Shown in pieces: positions 32,596-44,905 of a DNA stretch of 64,000 nucleotides. This stretch comes from Chiloscyllium plagiosum. Lineage: Eukaryota. Both the position numbers and the translations under genes were made by a program. Where the stretch lies: positions 12,726,908 to 12,790,907 of the forward strand of contig NC_057751.1 in assembly GCF_004010195.1 (NCBI RefSeq), in the 5' to 3' direction. Each line of letters starts with the position of its first letter. The stretch's first letter is position 1. The notes below the pieces were generated by a model. That model ran no database searches. It had not been told where the DNA came from and worked only from the letters and a program-made list of their open reading frames with translations.

Positions 32596-34499
32596 GGAAA
32601 ACAACCAGTCTGATGCTTTAATTCAAGAAGCGACAAAGGTAAAAACACTGTGGGCTTTTTTTTGGGTACATAGCACGATAGGCTGATTATCCAAATATCT
32701 ATACTTGAAAAATATAGGAATCAATTACTAAGGAAGGAATTGAAAACATTTGGGAAGTCAGAATCCAATAAAGCAGAATGAGCATAGCTTCATAAAAGAG
32801 AAACCTTGTATGACTAATATCTTAGAGCTTTTCAATGCAGCCTCAACCTTAGTGAATAGACTTGAACCAGTACATACTTTGCATTGGGACTTCGAGAATA
32901 CATTTGGTAATGTTACCTCACAAACCGTTAAGTCCTAAGCCAAGAACCCACAATGGCAGTACAGAATATTGATGGGGGTAGAGAATAGCTGATAATTAGG
33001 AGAGAGTGAGTGGGCGACCAAAAGTTCTTTTTCAGATTGTTGACCTGTGACAAATGAGACTTCACAGGGGTCTGTTCAGGGACCACACCTGTTACAATAT
33101 ATGTTAATAACTTGGAGCAGGAAACAAACGTACTGTCACCAAGTTTACAAATGGCACAAAGATGGATGCATGGGTAGGTGACGAGACAAATGCAAATAGT
33201 TTACAGAGAGTTAATGACAGGTTATGCAATTGTATGAAAAGTTGGCAAATGGAGTATGGTATGGGCAATGAAGCTGTTTATTTTGGAAGGGAGGACTAAA
33301 GAACAAAGTGTTAATTAAGTTGAGAAAAACTGCAGAAAGCTGCAACACAAAGCTGATCCATGTGCATGTAACACAGGGAACTAGCACACAGGTGCAGCCC
33401 ATAAACAGGAAGGCCAGTGCAATGTCAGACCTTGTTTCAAGGAGATGGAGTGTAAAAGTAGGGAAGTCTTACTGTAATTGTACAAGCAGCGGGTGAGATC
33501 ACATCTGTAGTCCTGTGAACAGTTTCAGTTCCCTTATTTGAGAACATATATTATTTAATTGAACACAGTTCTGAGAAGGCTCACTCGGTATGCAGGATTG
33601 AATTATGACCAGAGGTTGACCAGGTTGGGTCTCAACTCACTGGAGATTAGATTAGAGTTTAGAGAAACGATCTCATTGAAAGGATTTGTTTGGGTAAATA
33701 CTGAGAGGATGTTTCTCCTTATGGGAAAGTCTGGGACCAGGGGGCATAGTCTCAGAGCTAAGAGGGTGCCAATTTAAGACTGAGATGAAGAGGAATTTGT
33801 TGTCTGAAAGGTTTGTGGGTATTTGGAACTCTTTTCTACAGAGAGGTGTGTGGAGGGAGGGGGGGTGATAAAGGTTGGGGGGAGCATGGTGAACATGTTG
33901 CTATATTTGAAACAGATAGATTTTGAATCAGTAGGTGAATCAAGGATTATCGTGGAAAGGGCAGGAAAATAGACATGTGGAGTGGCAGATTAGCCATTAT
34001 CCAGGTGAATGGAGGAGCAGGGTCAAGGGGCAAAATGACCTGAACCTGTTCCTATATCTTGTGGTCTTATGGTCAAATTCCTTGATACAAGTTTACTTGT
34101 GAATTAATAATATTCAGAACTTTGAGGAAAGGTAAACTATCCATTAGGTATTAGAAATGATTTGACTTTAAAGCCCATCATTCCGATAGGCAGACAGGCA
34201 AAAGATTGTATATCAAAAACGCTTGATGGACCTTTGATCATATCGAACATTGTGTTTTATTTCATCTTAATCTTGTTTTATAGATTGACCATGATTGAGT
34301 AACAGCCTTTTATCACAGACGTCAATATACAAAGCACACAATAGATTGTTTATGGCAAAAAATATCCTCTGCACCACACTCCGTTTCAGAGATGGCAGAT
34401 TCCATTGAACATTTCAGACATTTAAAGCCTTTCCACTTGTGAATGAAGGAACTCTCCTTGATTTTCTTCCTTTGGCTTTGTGATTGTTGTTAATGAATG

Positions 34500-34690
34500 G
34501 CTATGTGGTTGCTAGGTAACAGAACGAAAAGCCTGACAGTTGCTGGAAGTAGATTGGAATTTCATATCCATAGCAACCCGAGAACCCAGTATTCAGTCTT
34601 TGGACGCAGCCTTCTCAGAACATCAGTGCAAGTCCGGCAATGTAAAATAAGTTCTTTGACCTTTCAGTTCTGAACCAATCACATCAGAGT
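34500..34690. promoter_or_regulatory. RFX X-box pair with CCAAT boxes (candidate promoter/enhancer)
   Basis: GTTGCTAGGTAAC 34508-34520; ATATCCATAGCAAC 34564-34577; half-site GTTGCT 34539; ATTGG 34553; AACCAATCAC 34673-34682. Confidence 0.45.
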
Positions 34691-35619
34691 GAGTGAGGCA
34701 TATTAAATAAACAATTGTTTTCAATAAATCCTCTTGCCTGATTTTTTTAAACTCCTGGTGTGTCATTTACAATAATTCACATCCATAATTTCTGGTCAAC
34801 TAAGTGCAATTGTTTCTATCACTTTCAAAGGTCAGCCAGTCGCTTTATTGCCTTCTGTGTTGGAGGGCAATGAAACATTCGTCAGAATTCACTTCATGCT
34901 AATCTAAAATCTACATTTTCGAAAGGAGACAGCGTATTCTTATTAGTAAAGGAAGTGCCTCAATTCACACTGGCAATATCCATGAATTCAACCCTTATAC
35001 CACGTTTAATAATAATAACGTTTTTGCCTTGACTTCGCCCCCCCCCACCCCCTTGTTAGCGACTCCTCCTGAAGCAAGACATTTAATATTTAATTACAGT
35101 GAACTACTGAGACTCCCTGAAATAAATCCAGTTCCTGGTCTGCATGGTTTGTTCTTAAAATGGACTGCAACAGAAATTTCCCAGTGGTGGATAATATGAG
35201 CTCCATGGCCTTTTCCACAGGTTAGACTTGCACATTTCCTCAAAGTCTTAGATTTGGAAAGCCAGCGAGTTGCCTCAGCTCACAGTTAAACGCTTAGTGA
35301 CAACTAAGGACTATTTCAGCTTGTTTTGGTTTAGTTTATCATCGATTGGTGTGGAAATGTAAGGGCTGCTTTTTTTTTGTTGGTCCTGGAATGTGATTTT
35401 GTACAACCTGACGACTGAACAGACAACACGCTCACAGCACAGACAGTTCTAAAAGAAAGATATGGTGTCAGAGACTGCTCCTACACAAACCAAGTTTTGG
35501 AACAAAGGGGTGGTATTTGAATTTCGTCCCAATCTGCTGTGCAGATTTACCAAGTGTCTCAAGTCGTCGATTGTGTCTCAGCAGCGCTTTGTGTCGTTCC
35601 CTGAGTTTAACTCCATCAT

Positions 35620-36130
35620 CTACTGATTTTCTGACTCGGCAATCTCTTCGTGCACTATCTCTGTGCCCTTTGATGCTTTTAATATCGAGAAATCTATTCA
35701 AGCCAGTTTTGAATTTGCTTAATCGATCTCTGGTGAAAAGAATTCTAAATATTCACCACTCTCTGAATGAAGAAATTTCTCTGTCCTAAATATTCTGAGA
35801 CGGTGTGCCTTGGTTCTCCATGCAGTCCCCAAACCAGACCATGGAACACATGAAACCTCTGTCTACCATCTCTAGCCCAGTAAGCATTTTGAATGTTTCA
35901 GTGGGATCATCTCTCAATTCTTCCAAACTCGAGGGAATACATTTGCAGTCTTCGCAATCATTTCTCAGAAGACAATCCCTACAGCACACAATGAGTTTGG
36001 AGATACCATTCACCTTCCTCATGGCTTACTGGACCTGCAAGTTCACTTTCACTGACTTATGAACAAGGACACTCGAGTCACTTCATCGCTAAACTCTCAC
36101 TATTTATGAAATACTCTTGATTTCTGTTTT
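35620..36130 (-). mobile_element. Old CR1 3' remnant
   Basis: Minus ORFs LRDDPTETFKMLTGLEMVD and NRFLDIKSIKGH. Confidence 0.7.
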
Positions 36131-36370
36131 CCTCTCAACTTGAAACATTACTCGTTTTTCCATATTTGTCATGTTCTTGCCACTACATGGTTTGAAAATG
36201 TCCAAATTTTAAAAGCCTTTGGAAGCAGATAGTTGACATTCTTTCACCAGATAACATAGATTCTTAATAAAATAACCTGGGTAAGGTACTCAATGGGGAG
36301 CAACATTATGAAAATTTTAATCTGCGATGAGACTTGTTAAATTGCAAAAAAAAGGCCAGTTTCGCTTTCA

Positions 36371-36383
36371 CCACAAGAGGGCA
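36371..36383 (+). promoter_or_regulatory. CTCF-like motif (forward)
   Basis: CCACAAGAGGGCA, one mismatch to CCASYAGRKGGCR. Confidence 0.4.
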
Positions 36384-38389
36384 ATACAGCATTACTATCG
36401 TGACAACGAAGTGCCTGCTAGACAATGATCTCAGACGATCATTTTCTCCACTATAAAGCTGTGATGGGAAGAAACATTTAGTGAATTCTGTAATTTACTG
36501 AACTGAACCAAATCCACATAGTCAGTTTTCTTATCAATTTCACTTTGAGCTTTGAGATGCTGAATGTCGGAGATCTAAAACAAAGAAACCTTCCGAAATT
36601 CAGGATACTGGAAGAGACCATTCTGCCTATTTGTTAACTCTTTGAAGAAACCCTTGGATTGAAAAGTCTGACTCTCTTGCACTATGTCCCAAAATATTGT
36701 ACAATTAAAAATCTACAGACAACCAGTTGCAAATCCGAAGGAACAGATGAACAGTGTAAGACCTTTTTAAAATATTTGCCAGAAAACATTTTGTTGAAAG
36801 CTCTTTCAAGACAAAATACCTCAGGAATATTCAAAAGGTCATTATCTCTAACAAGGGTTCTGTAACTTCAGTTGCCGTGACATAGAGATTTCCAATTGTT
36901 TTCTTTGACATCAAGTCATTTTCATGACCACAGCATGGTACATAGTTAGAAATAAATCCCTTCTGCGATCATGAACAAGCTAATGCACACTTTAATCCTG
37001 CCCAGCATGGGACAATCACTTCCCACATTGTCATTGAGTCAAAGAACTGGATATCCATGCCTAAACCACCATGGGAGCACTTTTACATTTGTTTCAAGAA
37101 AAAACACTCATCATCATCTTCTCAAGTGTAATGGGAATAAATTCTGACCCACATCCTGAGGGAACGAGTAAAAGTCGAAGTCTTGAGAGTGACACTGGTT
37201 GTGAGAATTACGCTGCTGAATTACATGTGTCTGGTGTCACTATGAGAGAACAGCAGGATTTAGGATGTGAGCTCTGTGTCACTGGAGAGACTGAAAAATG
37301 ATGCACCAGTAAGAAACTGAGGAGGACATCAGCAAGATCCACAGTGAAGGATGGTAGAATCAACCTTGGTACATGGTTTTGGAGTTCTGACCTACACTCG
37401 TTCATATGTCACCTGAATTAGGAGCATTAATGTAGCATTGCTGCAGTATTCTACACCATGGGCAGTCATATCCTTTCACAGTTACTGTTCCTACACAGAT
37501 CAATTGGAATCCCACCTATTCAGAGTTTATCTCTTATGGCACAATGTGTAAAAGTGAAAAAAAGCAAGCCCAAGTGCAAGTCTTTTGCTGGAGCTATTCT
37601 ATAGTGTACCTTGTAAAGGGACAGAGTAACACAAAGAATTGTGGTCCAGTGTTATCATTCACAGGAAAACAAATTGGTAAGAGTTTCCAATGCACATTAG
37701 CAGGAGATTTTTGTAGAGTAAAGCCAAGCTGTTAGGTCTATGGCATTAGCTGAATTAAGCTACAGGAATTAAATTCAGTCTGTTGTCCTCATTGGATTCA
37801 GGATACTTTCTGTAAAGTTCTTTCAGGCATGATGGAAGTTCACTTCTACCTACCAGTCTGTGACATGCATCTCTCTGAATGTTCTGACAATGCCATAACA
37901 TTGATGTATTTTTAATTTCTATGATAGAAAAGCGACCATTGGTTGTCTTTGCTTATGATTGAAAATCTTCAAATCTCCTGAATTCCCTTTATCTACTGAC
38001 TGCCCTCCACCCATCTCTCCAAATGCCATCCTTGAAAACCTCTCACTATTGCAAAACTTGGGTAGCTCCATCCAACATTTTCTTTGAGGCGTATGCCAGC
38101 CATATTTCTGATGCCCCCATACTCACCAAGCCTAGACTACTTCGATTTGTTATTTTACAATAAAGGTGTTAGATTATGACAAACAATTGTTTCAGGTCCC
38201 CAGACAGTATAGGTTTGTGAGATCTTTCATTGATCAGAGATGCTGATACCAGGTATTGGGATATCAGTTCCATCTGTTTTCTCAGTTTCTAGCAAGAGAC
38301 TAGATTAATTGAGGGCTTTCGACTTTCAATTTTCCATTATCTGGACAATTTAGAATATAAAGAAAGCTCAGGTAGAATTACATCATGTT

Positions 38390-38730
38390 ACACATATCCC
38401 TTACCTCCGATTCCTGTTAATCTGCACGTTTCACTTATCTGCTTCTCTCACATCCTCCTTATTTCACAGTCCTCTTGTATCCCATTCAACAGAGTTTCAA
38501 ATGTTTCACATCCTGCTGACCTCCAATTCCCCCATTGCTCACATCCCTCTTATCATATATCCCACTTTTCTTGCATTCCTCTTATCTCACATTCCATTTA
38601 ATTCTCATTCCCCGGTGTCTCAGATTCCTCTGGTCTCCACATTATTTCATGTTACACAATGCATGAATCTCATGTTCCCTAAATCTCACATTCTCCACAT
38701 CCCACATCCTGTGTACCTCCTCGACCACAT
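38390..38730. repeat. Degenerate pyrimidine-rich minisatellite (TCACATYCCTCTTAT-like units)
   Basis: Recurrent CACATCC/CATTCC/CTTAT motifs at ~15-bp spacing; strongly G-poor on the + strand. Confidence 0.55.
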
Positions 38731-39505
38731 GCCATGTGATCATTAAACTGGTCCTGTATTTATCTGATGAAGCAGCTTCAGAAGTTCAATATTGGTTACC
38801 ATGGGAAAGCAAAAGGGTTATAAATTTGATGGTTGTATTTTATCAGTTTGCAGTGTTAGAACTTTGTATTCTGGATTGCAATGATCTAGTTACCCCATTT
38901 ACCTACAGCAATGAACTTAAGCAGCTGTTGGAAGAAGCTCTTTGTGTTTTCTTATGACCCAACAGACCAGTTTGTGTAATTTGAAGATCATTTTAGAAAG
39001 GAGAGACATAAGATTTATGCAGTGCTGTGTAAAGGGTCCTGAGGGAACAGGCATATTACATTTGTTTGATGGTCAGGGGAAAAGCAGGACACACCTACAG
39101 CTTGGGGATTGAGAGTTTTACAATTTTACCACTTTAGGATGCTGAGTGGGAGCAGTGTTAGGGACTGGGCAGCTGGCACTATTTTCTAGACAAGTTTCCC
39201 AACACTGCTGGATGAAAATTTTTCAAGGGAATTGTTGAGGGGAGAATATGTGAGGACTGACATGATATGACCATAGGACATAGGAACAGAAGTATGCCAT
39301 TCAGCCCAATGAGTCTCAGCAACCCAATTTCCTGCTTCCAGTTTGATGTGGGTTCCCAGTTCCTAACTTTGATGGACTGCCAGGCTGAAGTGTATTATAA
39401 TCCATTGAGCAGATGGTGACCTTCTAGTATCTGAATTTGACTGTCATCTGTTTAGAAAAGTTCGCTCACGTGGGGCTATGGATTGGCACAAAGCTGACAG
39501 ACTAT

Positions 39506-39800
39506 TTAGTAGGGATCTGGTCTGCAGGAGAGAGTGGAGGACTCAGAGCCAGCCTTTGAGATGCTACGTGAAGAGCCATTGGAGTTCAAGTCCAGCGACA
39601 AATGCGTTGCCTTGATATTATCATCGATATCATCCTCATTTTGGTTGATGACTGTGGATACGGTGGTCTCCATCCTGCTGACCTTGTACATGCTGCCCTG
39701 GGTCTGGAAGTACTTGGTTGATTTCATCTCCAGCCCCTCGTAATCTTTGTTTTTCACAAATGGACACCAGCGGAAAACATGTCGGAATCCAGCTCGGAAC
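39506..39800 (-). CDS. TACR1: Tachykinin receptor 1 (NK1R, substance P receptor) exon 5, helix 8 and C-terminal tail
   Basis: ttccag acceptor; (R)FRAGFRHVFRWCPFVKNKDYEGLEMKSTKYFQTQGSMYKVSRMETTVST...SLDLNSNGSSRS...PY*. DYEGLEMKST and SLDL.SN.SSRS are NK1R-type. Confidence 0.95.
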
Positions 39801-40475
39801 CTGGAAGGGAAGGCAGCAGCAGAATCTTATCAATAGCTACTTCACAAACATAATGGGTAGGGTTTTCCTTCAATCTGAGGGGTCACACCAAACGCTTTCA
39901 TTACCCTGCCTCAAGGAATGTCCAGTTGGCTCATACACAGCAACTAAACCTCTGTCAACCTTGTCATAGGGCAAATAGGATGAAGAAAACCAGAATGGAC
40001 TCCACACATTACGTACCTCATGCAGAGGATATTAGGCTATGACTGGAAGCCACTCAAGTGGGAGATAAGGTGGCCAACACTCCAGGGCAATGCAAATGGA
40101 AGCACAGTAGTGACTTTTAAAAACAAATTTAATCCTTTTTGGCTTTCCTCCACATCCCCACCATCACATGCAATGTTCTTAAGGTGGTTGGACTTCATGG
40201 TCAGGGAGTTGGGCCTGTGATTGTGTTAATACCCAGTGTAAGTGAAATGCTGCCATGCTGAAAACTGCCCTGGGTTAAATAGACACCTGTCAGAAATCAG
40301 TCAGCACTTGTGAAACCCAGAGGCATAATAGGAGTGGTTGTAAATCCTCAGTACTAAAATCTACACATGAAGAACAGTTAATTTGGTGGTATCATGGGAA
40401 GCTTCTAACATCCATTAAATTATAATTGAGTGCAATTCAACCAAAGTTGTTGTAAGAGGTCATGGTACTGAATGA

Positions 40476-41160
40476 AAGCTTGTATGTATCTGACACCTTT
40501 AAAGTAGCAAAAATATCCCAAGGCACTGAGTACTATCAAACAAAATTAGCATCAACTCACATCAAGAGGTATTACAGTTGGCCAAAATCATTTTTAACAA
40601 GGAAGTTTTAAGGAGCATCTCAAGGAAGGAAAGAGAAATGAAGAGATTTTACTCAGAAATATCACAGGTTAATATATTAGCAATTATGGATGCAGCTACC
40701 AAGGGAGTAATGATTAAAACTGGGAGCTTAAGGTCCAAATCTAAGAAGCACAGATATCTTGAAGCATTGTGGGGCTAGAAGAGATTACGAAGGTAAGAAG
40801 GGCCAGGGTTATCGAAGGATTTAAAAACAAGGATGAGAATTTTAATATCAATTTCTTGACTTACAAGAATGCACACCAGGCAAAATAGGCCTGAGGAGGA
40901 CCTGATGCAATTTGAACATAGGCAGCAAAGTCTTTTGCGGCATCAGGTTTCCCAAGGGCACATTGGCAAGGTGTGCATTCAAATAGCCAAGTATAGAGCT
41001 AATAAAGACACAAAAAATATTTTAAAAAATTTAAAAAGACAGCAACTGAGCCAACGCATGACTGGAGTTAAGTGGTGGAAATAGGCATTGCTCTATTTAA
41101 TGTGGAGGATAGTTCGAAACCCATCTTATGCTAAAGGTTACAAAGAGGTTGGCTCAGCTG
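40476..41160 (-). mobile_element. L2 LINE 3' remnant
   Basis: Reverse of L2 3' region (TTTAAAAACAAGGATGAGAATTTTAA, AAGGAAGTTTTAAGGAGCATCT). Confidence 0.55.
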
Positions 41161-41270
41161 ATTTTACCCACTTTACCTGTTACAGACCCTGAGGATGTTT
41201 TAACATGCTGCTCATGACATTATTTTGATGGGCATGGGGAAAGAATTTCCTATCTCCTGTTAGCACTTAC

Positions 41271-41467
41271 CGCTCATTGAGACAGCAGTAGATGATCGGG
41301 TTATACATTGTGGAGCTCATCGCAAGCCAAATGATGGCCAGGTACACTTGCTGGATGTACCTCTTCTGGTAAATTTCTGGATGGAAGAGGTAGAGCAAGA
41401 AGTAAATGTGATAGGGAAGCCAGCACACAGCGAATGTGGTCACCACGATGATCATCATCTTCACCAC
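41271..41467 (-). CDS. TACR1: TACR1 exon 4 (TM6-TM7)
   Basis: ctatag acceptor, CG|gtaagt donor, 197 nt; [23 protein letters not shown]...[24 protein letters not shown](R); CWLP and NPxxY motifs. Confidence 0.96.
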
Positions 41468-41769
41468 CTATAGCCAGGGATAAAGAATAGTTTATAGAAT
41501 ATGCAATTCTCCACAATAGCCATCCATCCCACAGTGTATCCAAAGTTCATTCCTTCCTTCAGCAATTGGTTGCAGACAGTCCCTCGGATTTTTCTGTGCA
41601 AGACAGAAATGGTTGAGCAAAGTATTTTCAGAGGGAAAAGAAGTGAAAAGGAAGATGAATGAATGGCTCTCAGTTCCAACTGTGACTTTGGAATGAAGTC
41701 TGCTAATAAGAGTGATGCTGTTTCTGTCTGGTGGACTGACCCCTACATTGTAGAGGCTGAGTGCCAACT

Positions 41770-43850
41770 CTGACACACCTCCTCCTATTTATCCACTGGA
41801 CCATGATCCCACCATGGAACATCACACCATTGAGTCCAGTGCAGTCACGAGCCTCAGTTCATTGAGTGACAAACCTCCCCTCCTCCCCACTGCCTCCAAA
41901 CTCATAGTCTCCCAAACCCCCATAGCTTGTTTCTACATCTTTACCAAAACCAACAAAAATGACCACCCAGGCAGACCCATTGTTTCTGCCTGCTCCTGCC
42001 CCACAGAACCCATCTCATCCTACCTCAACTCAATTTTTTCTCGTCTTGCCCAGTCACTTCCCACTTACATCCACAATTCCTCTGATGTTTTTCTTCAGTT
42101 TCACAATTTCCAGTTTGCAGATTCCAGCCAACTCATCTTTGTCATGGATGTGCAATCCTTTTACGTAACTACCCCTATCAGGGTGGTCTCAGGATTCTCT
42201 GCTTCTTCCTGAACTGTCCCCATTCCTTCAGGTCAGAGGAGTGGCCATAGGTACCCACATGGGCCCCAGTTATGGCTGTCTCTATGTCAGCTATGTGAAA
42301 TATTCCTTGCTCCAGTCCAATGCAGGCCCCCACCCACAACTCTTTCTCTGGTACATTGATAATATTTGCGTCTCTCTCTCTTTCATATGGAATTGGAATG
42401 GTTTATCAATTTCATTTCCAGTTTCCACCCCACTCTCACCTTCACCTGGTCCATCTCTATCCCTTCCTCAACATCTCTGTTTCCATTTCTGGGGATAAGC
42501 TAGCCACCAATATCCACTACAAACTAGCTGACTCCCATAGTTATCTTGACTATACATCCTCACACTCTGCTTCCTGTAACAATTCTATTCCAGTCTCCCA
42601 GCTGCTCTGTCTCCATCACATTTGTTCTGATGATGCCAACTTCGGTGTCCACTTTCTTCCTCAACCGAGGATTCCTTAGCACCATAGTTGACAGGGCCCT
42701 CAGCCGGGTCCGACCCATCCCTGTGGCAGTGGATTCCACAGGTCCACCACTCTCTCTGGCTGAAGAAATATCTCCTCATTTCCATTTTAAATTTACCCTC
42801 TCTAATTTTAAGGCTGTGCCCACGAGTCCCAGTATCCCCACCTGACAGAAACAATTTCCCAGAGTCCACCCTTTCTAAACCATGCATTATCTTGTAAGTT
42901 TCTATTAGATTTCCCCTCAACCTTCTGAACTCTAATGAATACAATCCCAGGATTCTCAGCTGTTCATTGTATACTAGGCTTACCATTCCAGGGATCATCC
43001 TTGTGAATCTCCGCTGGACATGCTCCAGTACCAGTATGTCCTTCATGAGGTACGGGGTCCAAACTGGACACAGTATTCTAAATGGGGCCTAACCAGAGCT
43101 TTATAAAGTCTCAGTAGCACATCACTGTTTTTACATTCCACTCTTCTTGAAATAAACAACAACATTACATTTGCTTTCTTAACCATGGACTCAACTTGCA
43201 AGTCAACCTTTACAAACTCCTGTACTAACACTCCCAGATCCCTTTGTACTTTGGTTTTATGAATCTTCCCAGCATTTATAAAATAGTCCATGCTTGTGTT
43301 TTGTTTCCCAAAGTGCAAGACCTCGCATTTGCTCACATTGAATTTCCACAGTCTCAGGCTTGCTGCAGTGCTCCAGTGAAACTCAGCACAAGCTGGAAGT
43401 ACAGCACCTCATTTTTCTGCTTGGGATCTCTGCAAACTTCCTGACTCAATACTGAGTTCAATAGGGCTTGAGGCCCCTTCTCCCTCAACCTGACCTAACC
43501 TCAACCCCAACACACTTGGCCTTGTTATCATATAGTCCACTATTACACACAACCATTTTTAGCCATGAATAACACCCATTGGTAGATGTTCATTCTCCTT
43601 AGCTGACCATTACCTGCTCCTTTGTCTGTCCAGCTGTTCTTCTCTCTCACTGTGTTTTATCCTCACCAATCACTTACTCCTTACCTTCTTCCTTTATCCT
43701 ATCTTTTGCATTAAAAAACATCTCTTTCCAAGCTACCATCAGTTCTAAGGAAACGTAAATGGAGTCAAAACATTAGCTAATTTCTCTCCATAGATGTGGC
43801 CAGACCTGCTGAGCTTTTCCAGCAATTTCTTTGTTTGTTCCTGTTTCACC
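41770..43850 (+). mobile_element. Degenerate Penelope-like element (RT at 41770-42720; GIY-YIG end and terminal repeat at 43350-43850)
   Basis: PGRPIVSACSCPTE, MDVQSFY, GVAIGTHMGPSYGCL, WYIDNI, YKLADSHSYLDY; after the CR1 block, LLQCSSETQHKLEVQHLIF. Confidence 0.88.
42721..43345 (-). mobile_element. Internal CR1 fragment, truncated at both ends, embedded in the Penelope element
   Basis: Minus ORFs 43043-43336 and 42585-43046 closely match the young CR1 at ~25535-26156; the CR1 3' terminal ~190 bp is absent. Confidence 0.92.
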
Positions 43851-43919
43851 TCTAGTGCTTTCCCTTGCCATCGTATTTCTTCTTATTTTCCAACCAGCCT
43901 GTTCAAAGATATTCAGAGA

Positions 43920-44036
43920 ATGTGGACTGCAATGGATCAAGAAGGTGGCTTCTACCACCTTCTCATGGGCAACTCGGGACAGGCAATAAATGCTGGCCAG
44001 CCGCGATGCCCATGTCCCATGAGTGAATAAATAAAA
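43920..44036 (+). mobile_element. 3' terminus of another non-LTR retroelement
   Basis: GGACTGCA...CAAGAAGG...CACCTTCTCATGGGCAACT...AATAAATGCTGGCCAGC...TGAATAAATAAAA; recalled as a common shark LINE tail, clade not assigned. Confidence 0.5.
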
Positions 44037-44905
44037 CATTACACATCTCTGGAGTCATGCAATGTGAAGCCAAGCCTCCTCGTCCAGAGTTGGGGCACTA
44101 CCACTGCAAGGCACCATATTTTTTCTTGTAGTATGCTATACTTGATTGCTTTCAAGTCTTCCACACTTCTCTTGTAAGTATCCTCAACTTCTAAAGGGAT
44201 TGGCATTGATAAATATTGATAAATAGGTTTGTGGAGCTCTCAGGGAGGTTGATGTGATGGACTCACTGGCTCCCAAAACTCCAATTCTCTGCCGAACTGG
44301 AGCAGCCTAACCTATAGGCCCAGAGAAGACAACATCAGGCTAGACCCAGAGTGAGGCATTGTTTCAAAGGCCCGTTGCAAGTTACATCGAACCAAAGAGA
44401 AGGAGGTGAAAGGAATAAGAAATAGGAAACAGACTCAACAATAATAATCAGGTTAGAATTGGATAAAAACTTCTGGAGAAAACATTCCAGGCCAAGATGA
44501 ATGAAGCAAGTAGAACAGTTTGTTCAAACAGTTTGTAGATGAGTAAAGGGTTGAGTGGCCATTTCTGATATAATGAAACAAGAAGGTATGAGTGCCTCAA
44601 AATTTGTGAAATTACTAGTTGAGCAAGGGCCCCTTCCTTAAGATCTTAAGATTCTATGAAAGAATTTTGTTGGTGCATGCAAAGATTAGGAACTATGTCT
44701 GGTACAAATGTTTTTAAATTTAAGCAGGGAATTGCAGCATAGCTTACAGCAAAAAAAAAGCTGCTGATTACCTTCGTCTTATTTTCACTTTGATCTTGCA
44801 TGCAAACAGCGTCACTGCCCACATTGTTTCCAATATGGTAGAAATCTGATACGGAGGAAAACGTAGCATCAGTTTTGACAGACAGCAGTCTTGGTGCTCA
44901 CTCAC

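Larger units (their letters stand above)
29436..34075 (+). mobile_element. Near full-length degenerate CR1 (ORF1 zinc-finger/zipper plus esterase-like region, ORF2 EN-RT, 3' tail) with two nested SINEs
   Basis: HICRKYCLLEELSLRVNKLES (ORF1 N-term), CCLPGA and VTIHIRTDH (SGNH-like blocks), LYLNA and ESIWIE (EN), KPCMTNILELF and TSQGSV (RT), tail CCTATATCTTGTGGTCTTATGG. Confidence 0.8.
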
